From contig JAWMAR010000283.1 of NCBI GenBank assembly GCA_036785375.1, positions 310,001-374,000 of the forward strand: 64,000 nt of DNA. The letters run 5' to 3'. Of the stretch, positions 1-13,337 are shown piece by piece. Numbering within the stretch: the stretch's first letter is position 1; each line of letters opens with the position of its first letter. This DNA is from Leucoraja ocellata. Lineage: Eukaryota. The notes below the pieces were generated by a model. The model was not told the origin of the DNA, made no database searches, and saw only the letters and a program-made list of their open reading frames with translations. Position numbers and translations under genes: made by a program.

Positions 1-991
1 CCACGATGTGGTAGGACAGTTGCTCTTTTATTATCTTTTGTAATAAAAGATAATTTGATAGAAACCAATGCGCATTACCAATTACTCTTGCACATTACCA
101 ATTTTTTTATTGCTGTAAGCTGAGCTAGCTGATGAACAGCCTCCTGGGAGGAGTCAGGATCACTTTAGACTTCCTGTTAGGCCAGACTGGGAAAACCACT
201 AGTGAAAGAAAAGAAGCAAATGCTGTTAGTTCAGGTCAGCGATAATAGGTAAGAACTGAAATATATGTTCTGCATGCATGTTCAAAAATATTTTGTTTCT
301 TATTCCTTTTAGTAGCTTTTATGTGGTCGGAATAACAGTTGGTGAGCCGTTTCTTTAATACTGAAGTGCACTTAAAATACAAATTGAGTTTATACAAAAT
401 TACATTTGTTTTAGCTGGCTAACCCTTATCTAAATTACCATTTATGTTTATAGATCCACAGAGAATGCAGTACGTAAGGTTCATTCTGATTTAAATGCAG
501 TGTCTCCTGGGTTTACTTGAGAATTGCTCCGTCAGTAGGGTGCTAAGCAGCTTGTCCAGTCTGTGTGCTGACTTTTCACATGCAGTTGAAGTTAGCGTTT
601 GATGTAGAAAAGGTCGTTAGCTTTATAGCTACACAGCTATGATAAATGGTTGGATCATTCTAGGCTTTTAAATCTTGATATCCCCAATAGAAACATAATC
701 TTCTGAAATTTAATCCTTCTGTATCTAAGGACTTTGGCTTATGTGCATCTCTTTCATGAGTCTCCTTAGGATCACATGTACCAGCGCCCAAGAATACAAA
801 TTTTCATTGCACACTAGTCCAACTCCCACTCCTCCACTGATGCTAAATAGTTCCCATTTAGCACAAGAACAAGCATTGCATTTCCACCAAACATAATGAT
901 ACCAAACATAAAAGCTGCATTTTATGAGGATGTTTATTACTAGTGATCAGATCCACTTTCTTCAGTACTGTTCTTAAAGTTGTAGTGCTAA

Positions 992-1277
992 AGGGCAGCA
1001 CAGTGGCAAAGATGTTGCCATACAGCGGCGGAGACCCAGGTACGATCTTGACCACGGGTGCTGTCGGTACGGAGTTTGGATGTTCTCTCTGTTTTCTCTG
1101 GATGCTCCGGTTTCCTCACATACTCTAAAAACCTGCAGGTTATAGGTTAATTTGCTTCTTTAAAGTGTCCCTCGTGTGTTGGATAGAACTAGTGTATCGT
1201 TAGTCGGTGGTTGGTGCGGATTCAGTGGGCCGAACAGCCTGTTTCCATGCTGTATCTCTAAATGGAACTAACTAAAA
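992..1277 (+). mobile_element. tRNA-derived SINE (HE1/V-SINE-like)
   Basis: Degenerate A/B-box head, central ctccggtttcctcacatactc domain, CR1-like tail gggccgaacagcctgtttccatgctgtatctctaaa; many copies in window. Confidence 0.85.
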
Positions 1278-1831
1278 TTAAGTTGTTATAATATTGTGCA
1301 GTGCAGTCATATAAACGGTGCCATTGTATTGGCACCCAGAAGTTGCAATCCCAAATTCATGTTGTGATTATCGGAATTTGGGATTAAATTTCACATATTC
1401 TACTGATTACTGGGATTGTTACTTGCTATTACTTTTATGCTTTTTTCTGAATTCTGCTTTACTGTTGACAAGCTTTGGGATTCATTACCGGAGACGAGTG
1501 TCACAAGCTTGAAGCTTTTGAACCAGGATGATTTGACGTAGATTTAAAACAGTTTCGGCAATAAATTGCGTCTGGAATTCCTGCAATCTGTGGCGAGTTT
1601 TAACATTGTCTAAAGCTCCTCATCGCAATCACCAGCACGTCTCTCAATCAACTCCCAGGCCGCCTTTCAACTGTGCCTCTCTCAAGATATCTCTACGCTT
1701 CTGGCTGCTATCCATTACAGTCTCCTTGATCCAGACTTCCTTGTGTGTTCTTTCCCTCTACAGTGCCTCCGTTCTCACTGCCCAGTACCTCTCTCCTGTG
1801 ATACTTCAGTATAATTCCAGTCCCAATATAT

Positions 1832-2128
1832 AACATAGAAACATAGAAACATAGAAATTAGGTGCAGGAGTAGGCCATTCGGCCCTTCGAGCCTGCACCG
1901 CCATTCAATATGATCATGGCTGATCATCCAACTCAGTATCCCATACCTGCCTTCTCTCCATACCCCCTAATCCCCTTAGCCACAAGGGCCACATCTAACT
2001 CCCTCTTAAATATAGCCAATGAACTGGCCTCAACTACCCTCTGTGGCAGAGAGTTCCAGAGATTCACCACTCTCTGTGTGAAAAAAGTTCTTCCCATCTC
2101 GGTTTTAAAGGATTTCCCCCTTATCCCT
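1832..2128 (-). mobile_element. CR1 LINE 3' end, young subfamily
   Basis: (aacataga)n tail and reverse complement of the CR1 3' end; near-identical inverted copy at about 3590-3878. Confidence 0.9.
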
Positions 2129-3000
2129 TATATAAGGAACCACCATCCTCCCCAACAACCGGATAAAGCTTATCATCACCATTTTGTCATTTCTCACGTT
2201 GGGGGATATTTAGTCTTTAACATTCCAGCATTGTGCTTTTTTTGTGCAGTGGCTACGACTATAGAAAAAGGGTTTTCAAGCCCTTCTGCTAAGAACAAAT
2301 TTGTACATTCCAGGTACAAGTGCATGCCAGGTATTAGTGAGTTCACATTATAGTTAAAGATTGGAATGGTCTATATTTGGCTAAATCTTGCTGAATTTAG
2401 ATTCGATACCGACTCCCTCCCCCAGTTCTTCGACTTAAACATGATCTCTTGCTGCACTTTTATTGCCAATTTCAGCTCGTTCATCCCTGTTTGCCAACAT
2501 TTTGGCCAGAAGAACTGGAGTGAGCTTTATATAATTTTTTTCAGCCAAGTTTTTAAGTATCAGTGCATTTACCACACTCTGTAATTCGCAGATTCAAATT
2601 GGACTCCCTCAATCCCAGAACTTTGAATGTGCAACATAGATTAGGTCATTCAGCACAAATGCTCCCTGCCAGTATTCATGGTGTATTATATCATTGTTGT
2701 CTTGGCAAATACCAACAGCATTTACACTGCACCTCTCATAGAACAGTACAGCAAAGGAACAGACCCTTTGGTCCACAGTGGCCATGCGGAACATGATGCC
2801 AAGTTGAACTAATTGCCGCGTTAAATTAATGTTGAAGAATTATCCAAATTACCTCTTTAGTTTCTCTCTGCATCTCTTCCCCTAAAAAACAATCAATCCT
2901 GATACCATGATTTAATCATTTATAATTCATAACTTTCTTCAATTTGATTTGATGGACTTCTTCACAAGAGGCTGCAGATGCTGGTTCGATTGTTAGAGAT

Positions 3001-3230
3001 GTTTAGTTTAGAGATACAGCGCGGATACAGGCCCTTCGGCCCACCAACCTGCAATCCCCACACACTAATGCTATCCTACACACACTAGGGACAATTTACA
3101 ATTATATCAAGCCAATTAACTTACAAACGTGGGTGTTTTTGGAGTGTGGGTGGAAACTAGCGATCCTGGAGAAAACCCACGTGAGTCACGGGGAAAACAT
3201 ACAAATCCGTACAGACGGAGCCTGTAGTCA
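3001..3230 (-). mobile_element. HE1-like SINE, truncated
   Basis: Reverse complement of the SINE body and tail (gtttagtttagagatacagc...). Confidence 0.85.
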
Positions 3231-3350
3231 CATGGACAACTCCTTTTCACTCCATTGGTGCTGCATTCTCATCAAGTTTTATCATCTAGCACCAACTTCC
3301 ACCCTTTCTCTCAAATTCACCTGAACTATCTCTAACACTTACCTTCCTTT

Positions 3351-3484
3351 GAAGATAGACACAAAATGCTGAAGAAGGGTCTCGACCCGAAACATCACCC
3401 ATTCCTTCTCTCCAGAGATGCTGCCTGTCCCGCTGAGTTACTCCAGCATTTGTGTCTATCTTCAGTGTAAACCAGCATCTGCAG
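3351..3484 (+). mobile_element. Penelope-derived fold-back terminal repeat with hammerhead-like core
   Basis: gaagatagacacaaaatgctg is inverted against cagcatttgtgtctatcttc; CTGAAGAA-GGGTC-TC-GACCC-GAAAC-ATC at 3369-3396. Confidence 0.75.
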
Positions 3485-3878
3485 GGGGGATCTTATAGAA
3501 ACTTACAAAATTCTTAAGAGGTTGGACAGGCTAGATGCAGGAAGATTGTTCCCGATGTTGGGGAAGTCCAGAACAAGGGGTCACAGTTTAAGGATAAGGT
3601 GGACATCTTTTAGGACCGAGATGAGAAAAACATTTTGCACACAGAGAGTGGTGAATCTCTGGAATTCTCTGCCACAGAAGGTAGTTGAGGCCAGTCATTG
3701 GCTATATTTAAGAGGGAGTTAGATGTGGCCCTTGTGGCTAAAGGGATCAGGGGGTATGGAGAGAAGGCAGGTACAGGATACTGAGTTGGATGATCAGCCA
3801 TGATCATATTGAATGGCGGTGCAGGCTCGAAGGGCCGAATGGCCTACTCCTGCACCTATTTTCTAAGTTTCTATGTTT
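3485..3878 (+). mobile_element. CR1 LINE 3' end, young subfamily
   Basis: Encodes CR1 ORF2 C-terminus (RTRGHSLRI...FCTQRVVNLWNSLP) and ends in a tttctatg tail. Confidence 0.92.
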
Positions 3879-5182
3879 GCTACACACTTCTCTTCCTTTC
3901 CTGGATGTCCCTATCTCCCATCTTGGGAGGCAAACTATCCACCAATAACTACTTCTTGGCTCGGTAGTGATGTGTCAATCCTTTTCTGTTGACAGTCCAT
4001 TGTTCCGTCGTCTGACTGGATTCTTTCTTTCACGAGCTGTATGCAAAGATTTTTAATGGGACGCCTTGTAACCACTGACTTGAGATAATTCATGTGGAAA
4101 CCACTCATCTACTTGTGGTTTCTGCAGGCTTTTCTATGAAATTAAGATAAGTGGATTTTTGTGCGCATGACTTGTAAACAAAAATAATGAGCCCTCTTTC
4201 TAGGAAAGAGATTGATCTATGGTCAGTGTGAAAACAAATCAAATTCTAGCTCTGGAGTATACCGATCATCGCGAGATAAAGTTTACTGTGTGAGTATTTA
4301 TCCTATTTTACAGTCCATGGATATGCTGAGACCACAACTGCAGCACACACAGCCAGGGTACTAGTGTTTGCTGCGTTCTGCTGGCATGTAATAACTCGAT
4401 CTGCTTCGTGCCGACAAAATATATTAAAAGTATGGAAGAGTGAAGTTTGTGCCCCAGGGAGAAAGAGAGATAATGCATTGAAATTGTTCAGAGGTAGTTA
4501 GATGCCTAATGGTCTAATATGTGAGCTATGTGAGGTCCACTGTCTGACTCCCATAAATTCTGGCTACAGTGATCCAGTAATTTAGGGGACAGGATGGAAC
4601 TGTCATCTCTGGTCATCAGTGCTTGGGATCAATTATGCTGATTCTTTCTATTGAGTGCTTTTTAGCAGTTTTGTTTAAAGTGAGGAGCAGTAGGTGGTTT
4701 AAACTGGTCTATTTTTTTTTACTCCTGTGGATAATCTTTCCTTGCACCTTTCATTCCATCTTGTGTAGAGAATGGCGCTTAACGTAGTGGTCTCTGTCAA
4801 ACTGCGTAAGTGGAGCAGAATTTAAACATGGTTGTAAGGAACAGTTACGGTTACACCCTCCATTTGTTCTGTCGTTGCTCCAGTGAATTTGCTACTGATA
4901 CTGAATTAGCAGTTTCTGCAAAATTGGCAACGTTCCACCGCATAGTTCATATTGGTATGGTGTGAAAAATCTAACCATATGAACATCAAACATGCGGTGT
5001 AACTGGGACACAAGGTATTTGGTTGTAATCAATTATGCACACGGTATTTTAATCTTTATCTGGGTTTGTGTCCAAGCATGCTAACAAACTACAAGTACGA
5101 TTATTTGTGAATATTGTAGGGAAATTTTCAGCATTCATTAAATTTAATTCTACCAATGTTTTCATGGTATGCATTTGTTTTC

Positions 5183-5537
5183 ATGTTCCTAAGTTATAGG
5201 AGCAGAATTAGGCCATTCGGTCCATCAGATTTGCTCCGCCATTCAATCATGGCTGACCTATCTTTCCCTCTCAACCACATTCTCCTGCCTTCTTCCTATA
5301 ACCCCTGATAACCTTTGTAATCAAGAATGTCAATCTCCACCTAATAATATCCATTGACTTGGCCTCCACAGCCTTCTGTGGCAATGAATTCCACAGATTC
5401 ACCAACCACCCCCTGACTAAAGAAATTCCGTCTCTCCTTTCTAACGGTACGTCCATTTATTTGGAGGTCATGGCCTCTGGTCCTAGACTCTCCCACTAGT
5501 GGAAACATCCTCTCCACATCCACTCCACTATCCAGGC
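5183..5537 (-). mobile_element. CR1 LINE 3' fragment
   Basis: Minus strand gives SRTRGHDLQI...VNLWNSLPQKAVEA; same subfamily as 23733 and 38040. Confidence 0.88.
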
Positions 5538-7570
5538 ACAATCCTGTTCAAGTTTACAGTGAAAAGTTGTGATTATTTTATGGAATAAACTACCCATGAT
5601 GTAAGGCCGATTTCTTTGTCCATGTGTGACGTCGGGTTTGTCTGATGTATCTAGATTTGACTCTGCCGACACTCTGGTTTACAATGCATGCACAGCCCAT
5701 TGCATTGGCGTTGATGTTTAGTCAGAGGGCTATCTCTGTTTATTTCCATGAATTTATGATAATTTATAAATTAACACCCACATTAAGTAAAAATAATCTC
5801 CTTTGTGAGAGATGCATGTTAGGGAAATAAGTGGGTATTTGAATATCATCACATTATACATGCATTAGCACCTTTTTGAAACAACAAAACTTACCTCAAC
5901 TTCACGTTTGACTTCAATATATGCCTTTAACATTATCAACTCAAAACCTGGCAGGACGCAGTTTCAACTTGGAAGGTAAATTGATGAAAAAACATTTCTC
6001 TAGACCCGCATCAATTCACTGAACATAAATTAATGGTGTACCAAACCGGCACCTGGCTGGAAGCCAGAGAAAAGAAGCAGCGAAAGCCAGCTATTGTTGA
6101 GGGGGCAGCGACTGGTTTCTGTGGGGGAACCCTGTTCACAGTAACATTACACAGCCACTGGCTTATGATCCCGACCTTTGAAGTGTAAGAAATGATAACT
6201 GTTTCATTTCTCCAGACACGCCGTCACGATGGCCTTTCGCTGGAGCTTCCATTATTGTCATTGTGCGGCCTGTAGCCCTGGTAAGGCAGCGAGCAAGTAG
6301 AGCCATTTGCTGCAGTCTGAATGCCTGTGCTTTGCTCTCTCTCCATGTTTAGTAGTACATGTCTGTGAGCCCAAGTGAGTCATGCATTCCTGCCTGTTTT
6401 GGCTGTTGTCAGGAAGTAGTAACACTTAGATCCACATTCAGTGCAGCTTACATTGACTATACAATTAATCTTGTGCAAAAAAAATTCCAATGTGGAATCC
6501 AATAGAATGTATTTAGAGCAAAAATCATTTGTAACTATTGCTGGCAAAATGACTTAAGGCGTAGAGTTTTTAATTTTTAGCAGGAAAGATGAAAATTAAT
6601 ATCTGGTTAAAAGAAAAATGTCATACTCTGAGTAGCTACCATTTTACACCTCTGTGAAAGCTTCATCAGTACAGAGTGGTTTCAGGACAGCCAAACCTAC
6701 GACCTGTGTCCTTAATTCACCACAGTCTGGTTCCACAGTGATGAAGTGATCCATCATCATTGTTGCTATATTCTAGCATGTATTCCACTGGGAGACCTCA
6801 ATTGCTACAGGATGGCTATGCCAGAAATGACTGGATTAGAGATTTCAAATGGCCATATGCATAGCAGAACTGCATTACCTGACAATGCCTTGCTTCTCCT
6901 ACAATCACTAGTCTTGGTTTCATACCGACACTTCATTGTCATCCATACTGGCTCCATTGCAGCAAGAACTAATATTGATGGATTAGATGGAAAGGGGAAA
7001 TGCATATTTTGACAACACGTAATAACCAGTATGTTTGAGGCTGCAAACTTGAGCCACTAGAGGTTTACTAAGAAATGATTCCAAAACATGCAGTTTAACC
7101 ATTCACAAATTATGATGTAAGCCTTTTGAGTTCCCTCCCTACTCTTACCACAGAAAAATATCCTTGTACTTTTTTTGAGCCATTATCTTCATTAATAAGT
7201 GTAAAATAAAGGACAATCGCATTGTTTGGATGAATTCTGGTGTTAGGAAGCATATCTATCACTGTGGCAGAGTGCAGCAACTGACAGCCAAGGATTGATG
7301 ACCAAGGGCTGTCCAAGAGGCTATGGAAGCCTTATACAATGCAAATTACCAACTGTGAATTTAGATTCATCCTATTCATTTCATTCGCTGCTGCTGAAAC
7401 TATTAGTGGTTTAGTAGTAGCAAGGGGTCATTACTAATATGGACAAGGTAAGATGAGGAAAACCTCCTGCAATTACATGGCTTTCAAAAGGGCTGGAGGC
7501 TGATCCAAAAACGTGTCAACACCCAGCAATCAAAATAATTTATTTCATTTAAAAAAAAAATCCATATTAG

Positions 7571-7786
<216 letters not shown>

Positions 7787-8517
7787 TGAGTGACTTATCT
7801 CTCCTATGCTTTCTCTCTATGGAAAGGTGCTATGTTTTGTAACGAGCCCCCTTATTATTTTTGGGTGATACGAAACTATTTAACACGCAAACATGCAACT
7901 TTGGTTGTGGCGGCCTGGATAGAAGGTTTTGCATTGTCCCATTTCAGAACCATATTTAGAATGGGATATTGATTTTCCTTTTTGATCATTTAAAAAAAAA
8001 AGTATACTTTTTTTCCCATTTTACATGTGCGATATGATGGATTACTGCCACAGTAGTAATACTAGTTGTCCCTTTGTAGATGGCTTAACACGTAACTTTG
8101 AATGGGAGTGGGGGAGATGTGGGGAGGTTGGATTAAATGAAATGATCACAGTACCAAAGAAATGATACAGGAATTACTTATCAAAATACTGGCCCGGGCT
8201 TTATCTGCAGCTTAATTTTGTTCAGTACATTCTCGGGTGATGTTCAGATTAATTGAACTGACAGTTTCCTTTCAAAATTCAGGGAAGGTATTTGCACGGA
8301 TTTCAGGTCTTATACAAACTTAATTACATGGAACCCCATTTTATCATTATAATTCCATGTAGCAGAGGTTGTATTTACAAATGAGAAGACTTTCCTTTTA
8401 TTCGCAGCTTTCCTTAATATATTTATCAAAGCAGGTTCATTTACAAAGTGCTCTATCTATGGGATACAGGCAGGCAGACATTAACGAAGCTTTTAGGTTT
8501 ATCGGACTCCGTGGCTG

Positions 8518-8776
8518 NNNNNNNNNNNNNNNNNNNNNNNNNNNNNNNNNNNNNNNNNNNNNNNNNNNNNNNNNNNNNNNNNNNNNNNNNNNNNNNNNNN
8601 NNNNNNNNNNNNNNNNNNNNNNNNNNNNNNNNNNNNNNNNNNNNNNNNNNNNNNNNNNNNNNNNNNNNNNNNNNNNNNNNNNNNNNNNNNNNNNNNNNNN
8701 NNNNNNNNNNNNNNNNNNNNNNNNNNNNNNNNNNNNNNNNNNNNNNNNNNNNNNNNNNNNNNNNNNNNNNNNNNNN
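8518..8776. other. Assembly gap (259 N)
   Basis: Run of N. Confidence 1.
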
Positions 8777-10249
8777 GCTAGCACTACGTAAAAGGCAATG
8801 TGCCTAGCTACAGTGCAGAAAATTGAGTTGCCCACATTCTGTCAGGCTGACTTATGCAGAAATAAACTGCTGTATTGAAGATCAAAAAATTACCAAGTTG
8901 TTTTATATCAGAATAACACATTTTGTGAAGTACAATATTTGTATCCTTCTTTGAAAGGGTATCGTGAAGCCAGTGAGTTAGATAACATTTAAAGCTGCTA
9001 CGTCAGTTAAATATTTTAATTTTGCCAGTTTATGTTATGCTAGATATGGTACATTTTGTTCCAACTTAATAATTTAATGTTTCCTAAAGAAATGACAACG
9101 TTAAGAGCTCAGCCACCCAAACATCAAAAGCTTCAGAGCGATCAGCTGACATTGTCAATTTTGAAGCAAGAATTAGATATACAGCATCGAGTCGAAGGGG
9201 ACGCAAGGATTTATGTTTGTAAACACTCGACATGGGGTACCAAGTGCCAGATCATAGTCCCATTAGACATCGTAAAGTGCAGGGACTGCACACTATTAAA
9301 AATGGGAAAGGATTCATAAATAGCTTCAACCAAAATCAGTCAAATTAAGTTCTTGTTTCCCAAGTAGAAGGGTGTTTTGCAGAAGTGCCCCAATTAATTT
9401 GTAGAATTTTCCTCTTTGATATCAGCAAATTAATGGTCAGTGCCAGTGGTCTGACGCTGTTAGTTTGAGGCAGCCACATGAAAGGGCATGCTGAATCATT
9501 CCTTTGTCTCAGCAGCACAATCAAGGCTTGGAGAGGTCAGGAGGAAGCTCTGTTTTGATACAGCAAGTGGCGCATCATTCCCATCAGCAGGAAACGTGTT
9601 TGCGATTCCTTACCATTTACTTAATTTCATTTGCTAGAGGCAATAATAAAAAAAAAGAATATTAGACAATATTCGGGATAAAGTGATTAGAAATGTTGCA
9701 AATGTTCCTGGGCAATGATAAATAGCAAGATAAAAGGCTACTTTATGTACAATGAACAGCATTTTTAGCTTTGTCTTTCGTTTCAGTTCTAAATTTAGAA
9801 AGAAAGGTTTACTTAATTCTCTGGGGCACTCTCACTTAGAGGAATTGTAGTACTGTATGGGATTTGAAATCACATGATACCTGAAGACTGAGGTTTTCCT
9901 CTGTAGTGTCAAATTACTGTTTCTTTAAGTTTATCTGATTGTTGTGAAAACATCTTTGGATTCAGTTGTGACTCATGGGAAAATATTGTGGTGGCTTTTG
10001 GCAAGAATCAACATATGGTGTGAAATTTATCTTATCCTATATGATGAATGATGACAGATGGCAAATTTTGTATTAATGTACAGATTCAGTTTATCTTTCT
10101 GGATTACGTGCTGTACATTATTGAGTGTATATGTGACTGCATATCATGAACTGATTTTTTTTAAAGGCTTGCAGTTGTATTTGTCTCAGTTAATACTAAC
10201 AGAATTGCTAATGGCCTAAAATAGTGCTGACATGACACAAGAGACAGGA

Positions 10250-10920
10250 CCTTTATTTATTAATTTATTGTATATTTGCCCATCCCTAATTGCCCTTGAA
10301 AAGGTGATGTTGAGCCACTTGAATCATTGCGTTCTGTTTGGTGAGGGTGCTCCCAGAGTTGTTGGGAAGGAGGTTACAGAATATTGATCCAAGCTGCATA
10401 AGTCAAGATGGTCATAGAGTCAGAGCACGGCAACTTGCCCTTTAGCCCAACTTGCCCATGCCGTCCAAGATGCCCCATCTACACTAGTCCCACCTACCTG
10501 GGTAAGGTTCATATCCCGCTAAACATGGTGTGTGACTTGCTGGGCAAGTTGGAGGTGGTGGTGTTTTTATGTGTTTGTTGACCTTGTACTTCTAGTTGCT
10601 AGAAGATGCTGCAGACTTGGGTGGTGCCGTGTCAGAAGGCGCGGTGAGTTGCGTCAGTGTATCTTACAGATGATGTACATTCATTCACAGCACACTAGTG
10701 ATGGAGGAAGTGACTGTTATGGATAGGTTGCCAATCAAATGGTCTGTCTTGACCTGGAGGATGTTGCATTTCTTAAATGTTGTTGGGGCTAAGTTAATCA
10801 GACATGAGGAGAATATCCATTACACTCCTGACTTGTGGACAGGATATGGTGAAAAGGCATTGGGGAATCATTTACTGCTGAACACCAACCTTTCGAGCTG
10901 TCCATAGAGCCACAATATTC
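10250..10920 (-). mobile_element. Old CR1/L2-group LINE 3' fragment with a nested short CR1 tail (about 10412-10525)
   Basis: Recalled elasmobranch LINE 3' sequence (ccatccctaattgcccttg...); nested piece matches copies at about 17167, 26395 and 63228. Confidence 0.5.
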
Positions 10921-12174
10921 ACGTGCCCCGTTCAGCATACATATTGGTTGATAATTCAACTTACGAGATTACCTTTCTCCACTATATAATTTTTAATTAA
11001 TGTTTGATTTACTTTTAAATTTGGCTTTCATTAAGAAATTTTAGATATTTATAATAAATTCTAATTTTAATACTTAATGTTGTAATTAATCGGATTTTGT
11101 GATCTCCTACAAGGGTATGCTATTGCATTGGCAATTTGAAATCACTTTATTTCATTATGAAAATAAAATGGTCCTTTTTATCCTCACAACGTATTAAAAT
11201 CGAGTGGAAATTAATAGCCAAATTTTTCTCGATTTTTATTCTGCCCCAACAGTAGAATCTTCCCACTTCTTCAGTGGAATTACATTATCAATTATATAAA
11301 AATGAACAATGATTGTTATTACCCAATCATTGTTAAAATATGGCTACCACTTCAATATTAATAGATGGTTACCGAAAGGATATATCAAATAATTAGCATT
11401 GAAAGACGGTAATAAGGAGCTTATTAAAATCCATGTGAAGGATTTCTGACCTTAGCGCTCTGAAGAATACATATCACATGACAGCGAAGTCATCTTGCAA
11501 TATAAGCACCCCCCTTGTCCTCCCTGTTGGATCACCTGCCTATGACATTTAATAAGCTATATGTATGATTTATTGTGTGCCCTTTTGACAAGATCTGAAA
11601 ACTGAAATGTTATAGTCCTTGCTGGCATCCAGTACTGCTTTCATTATACACTCATCTAATGGAAGTGTTACATTTAGTCAAATGGATTATATGTAGAGCT
11701 GTGCAGATCTTGCACATTCCCTGTAGTCATTGTTCATAGCATAATAAAATTATGCTATCAATTTGCTATGAGAGGAACACTAGAGTTCAGTGACTTATAT
11801 TCCAGTGTGTTTATACTGCAATCTGCTACATCTCGAACTTGAGATGATGCAAACAGCACATGGATTCCATTTACTGACTTCTGAGCTGCAACTACACAAT
11901 TTGCCAAGTAGGAACATATAGCGAGGAAAGTCACAAAAGGTTATAATAACCGCCTTAATTGTACACTAGTGTCTTGTGTGACCTGAAGGCACTTGGTAAA
12001 ATTGAATCATTGTGCTGATAATGTTGCCAACATTGTTGTTTGGTTGTTGTGCTGTCCAAGGGATGGCTCTGACTTTTTTAACGAAGATACTGTAGCAACA
12101 AGTGACTATTAATTCTCTTTTGAATAACACATCCAATATCATTGTAATCACTACTTCGCAAATACTGATCTTAA

Positions 12175-12458
12175 AGGGCCTGTCCCACTGTACGTTTCCC
12201 CAGATTCGAACTCGGAGATTCACGGTAATAGCCGCTCGTAGGTACTAGGGGCTCTCGTGGACATTTTTCAACATGGTGAAAAAACATCTCGAGCTTACCG
12301 CGTTTCCCGAGTACCTGCCGTTAGCGTTACGAGCCGCTAAGAGACGCCCCGAGCTCCGACGTACCCGCTACGTACATTCTACGTACTTACCACGAGTTCG
12401 ATTTTTTTTTTAAACTCGGGAGAGCTCTTGGGTAAACTCGTATAGTGGGACAGGCCCT
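12175..12458. mobile_element. Non-autonomous DNA transposon (MITE), PIF/Harbinger-like
   Basis: 20-bp TIRs AGGGCCTGTCCCACTRTACG (19/20 match), TAA on both flanks (12172-12174, 12459-12461), CpG-rich interior. Confidence 0.85.
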
Positions 12459-12479
12459 TAATGGTGATCTGAGTCAGAT

Positions 12480-12785
12480 GGTGCGGCATGGTGGCACAGC
12501 GGTAGAGTGACTGCCTTCCAGCGCCAGAGACCCGGATTCAATCCTGACTACGGGTGCTGTATGTACGGAGTTTGTACATTCTCCTCGTGACCGCATGGGT
12601 GTACCCCTAGTGCTCTGGTTTCCTCCCACACTCCAAAGACATACAGGTTTGTAGGTCAATTGGCTTTGGTAAAAATTGCAAATTGTCCCTAATGTGTAGG
12701 ATAGTGCTAGTGTGTGGGGATCGCTGATTGGCGTTGTCTCAGTTGGCTGAAGGGCCTGTTTACGTGCTGTATTCCTAAACTAAAC
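12480..12785 (+). mobile_element. HE1-like SINE, full length
   Basis: tggcacagcggtagag head, ggattcaatcc B-box, (ctaaa)n tail. Confidence 0.9.
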
Positions 12786-13059
12786 AAAGAAAAAGGTAAA
12801 ACATCAGTTGCTGGCTCCTGTTCCAATTTTCCCTTGAATTGACATAATTCAAGTGCTTTTTTCTCTCAGAACTTGTAGCATCTGATCTTAGCTAGTCCAG
12901 ATGCTTATTATGTTCCGTCGCATCTCCCGAGCATTGTCACTTTTGAAATCTTTGCTGCATCCTGCCAACTAACTGCTCATGTGTGTTGAGATTTGATCCA
13001 TACCAAGACTTCCTCATCAAGTCTATGGCTTGCCACCCGTGAAGCTCAGACCTTGCCTG

Positions 13060-13300
13060 CATTTGAATATGTTAGGGAAATGTGGCTGTCAATTTGACTG
13101 AAAGGGCTTTGACATAAGTGACCAGATAATCTACTTGGTGTCGAGGCTGAGGGATGCATTTTGGCTCGTTTATGTGAAGAAATTTACTGCCTTTGTTGGC
13201 TAATCTATGATTGTGAAATTTTGTAAATTCCACCTGAGATCATTATTTGCTCCAACCCATAGTCTTCTGACAGAGAGGCACAGACATTATCACTGAATAC
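13060..13300 (-). mobile_element. Ancient Deu-domain SINE remnant (SacSINE1-like)
   Basis: tgaccagataatct...tgagggat...ccacctgag and a degenerate tRNA-like head; recalled similarity only. Confidence 0.45.
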
Positions 13301-13337
13301 AAGATTGGTAGCTCTTAAGGAAGAGTCAATCATTTTT

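Larger units (their letters stand above)
3250..3955 (+). mobile_element. Degenerate Penelope-like RT fragment interrupted by nested insertions (3351-3883)
   Basis: Flanks translate to NFHP.LKFT.TIS.T and SLPFLD..IS, recalled as PLE reverse transcriptase motifs; ACACTTnnCTTCCTTT duplicated at 3335-3350 and 3884-3899. Confidence 0.6.

Noticed and set aside
8369-8835. Three ORFs of 119-140 aa
   Set aside because: Artefacts of the 259-N assembly gap
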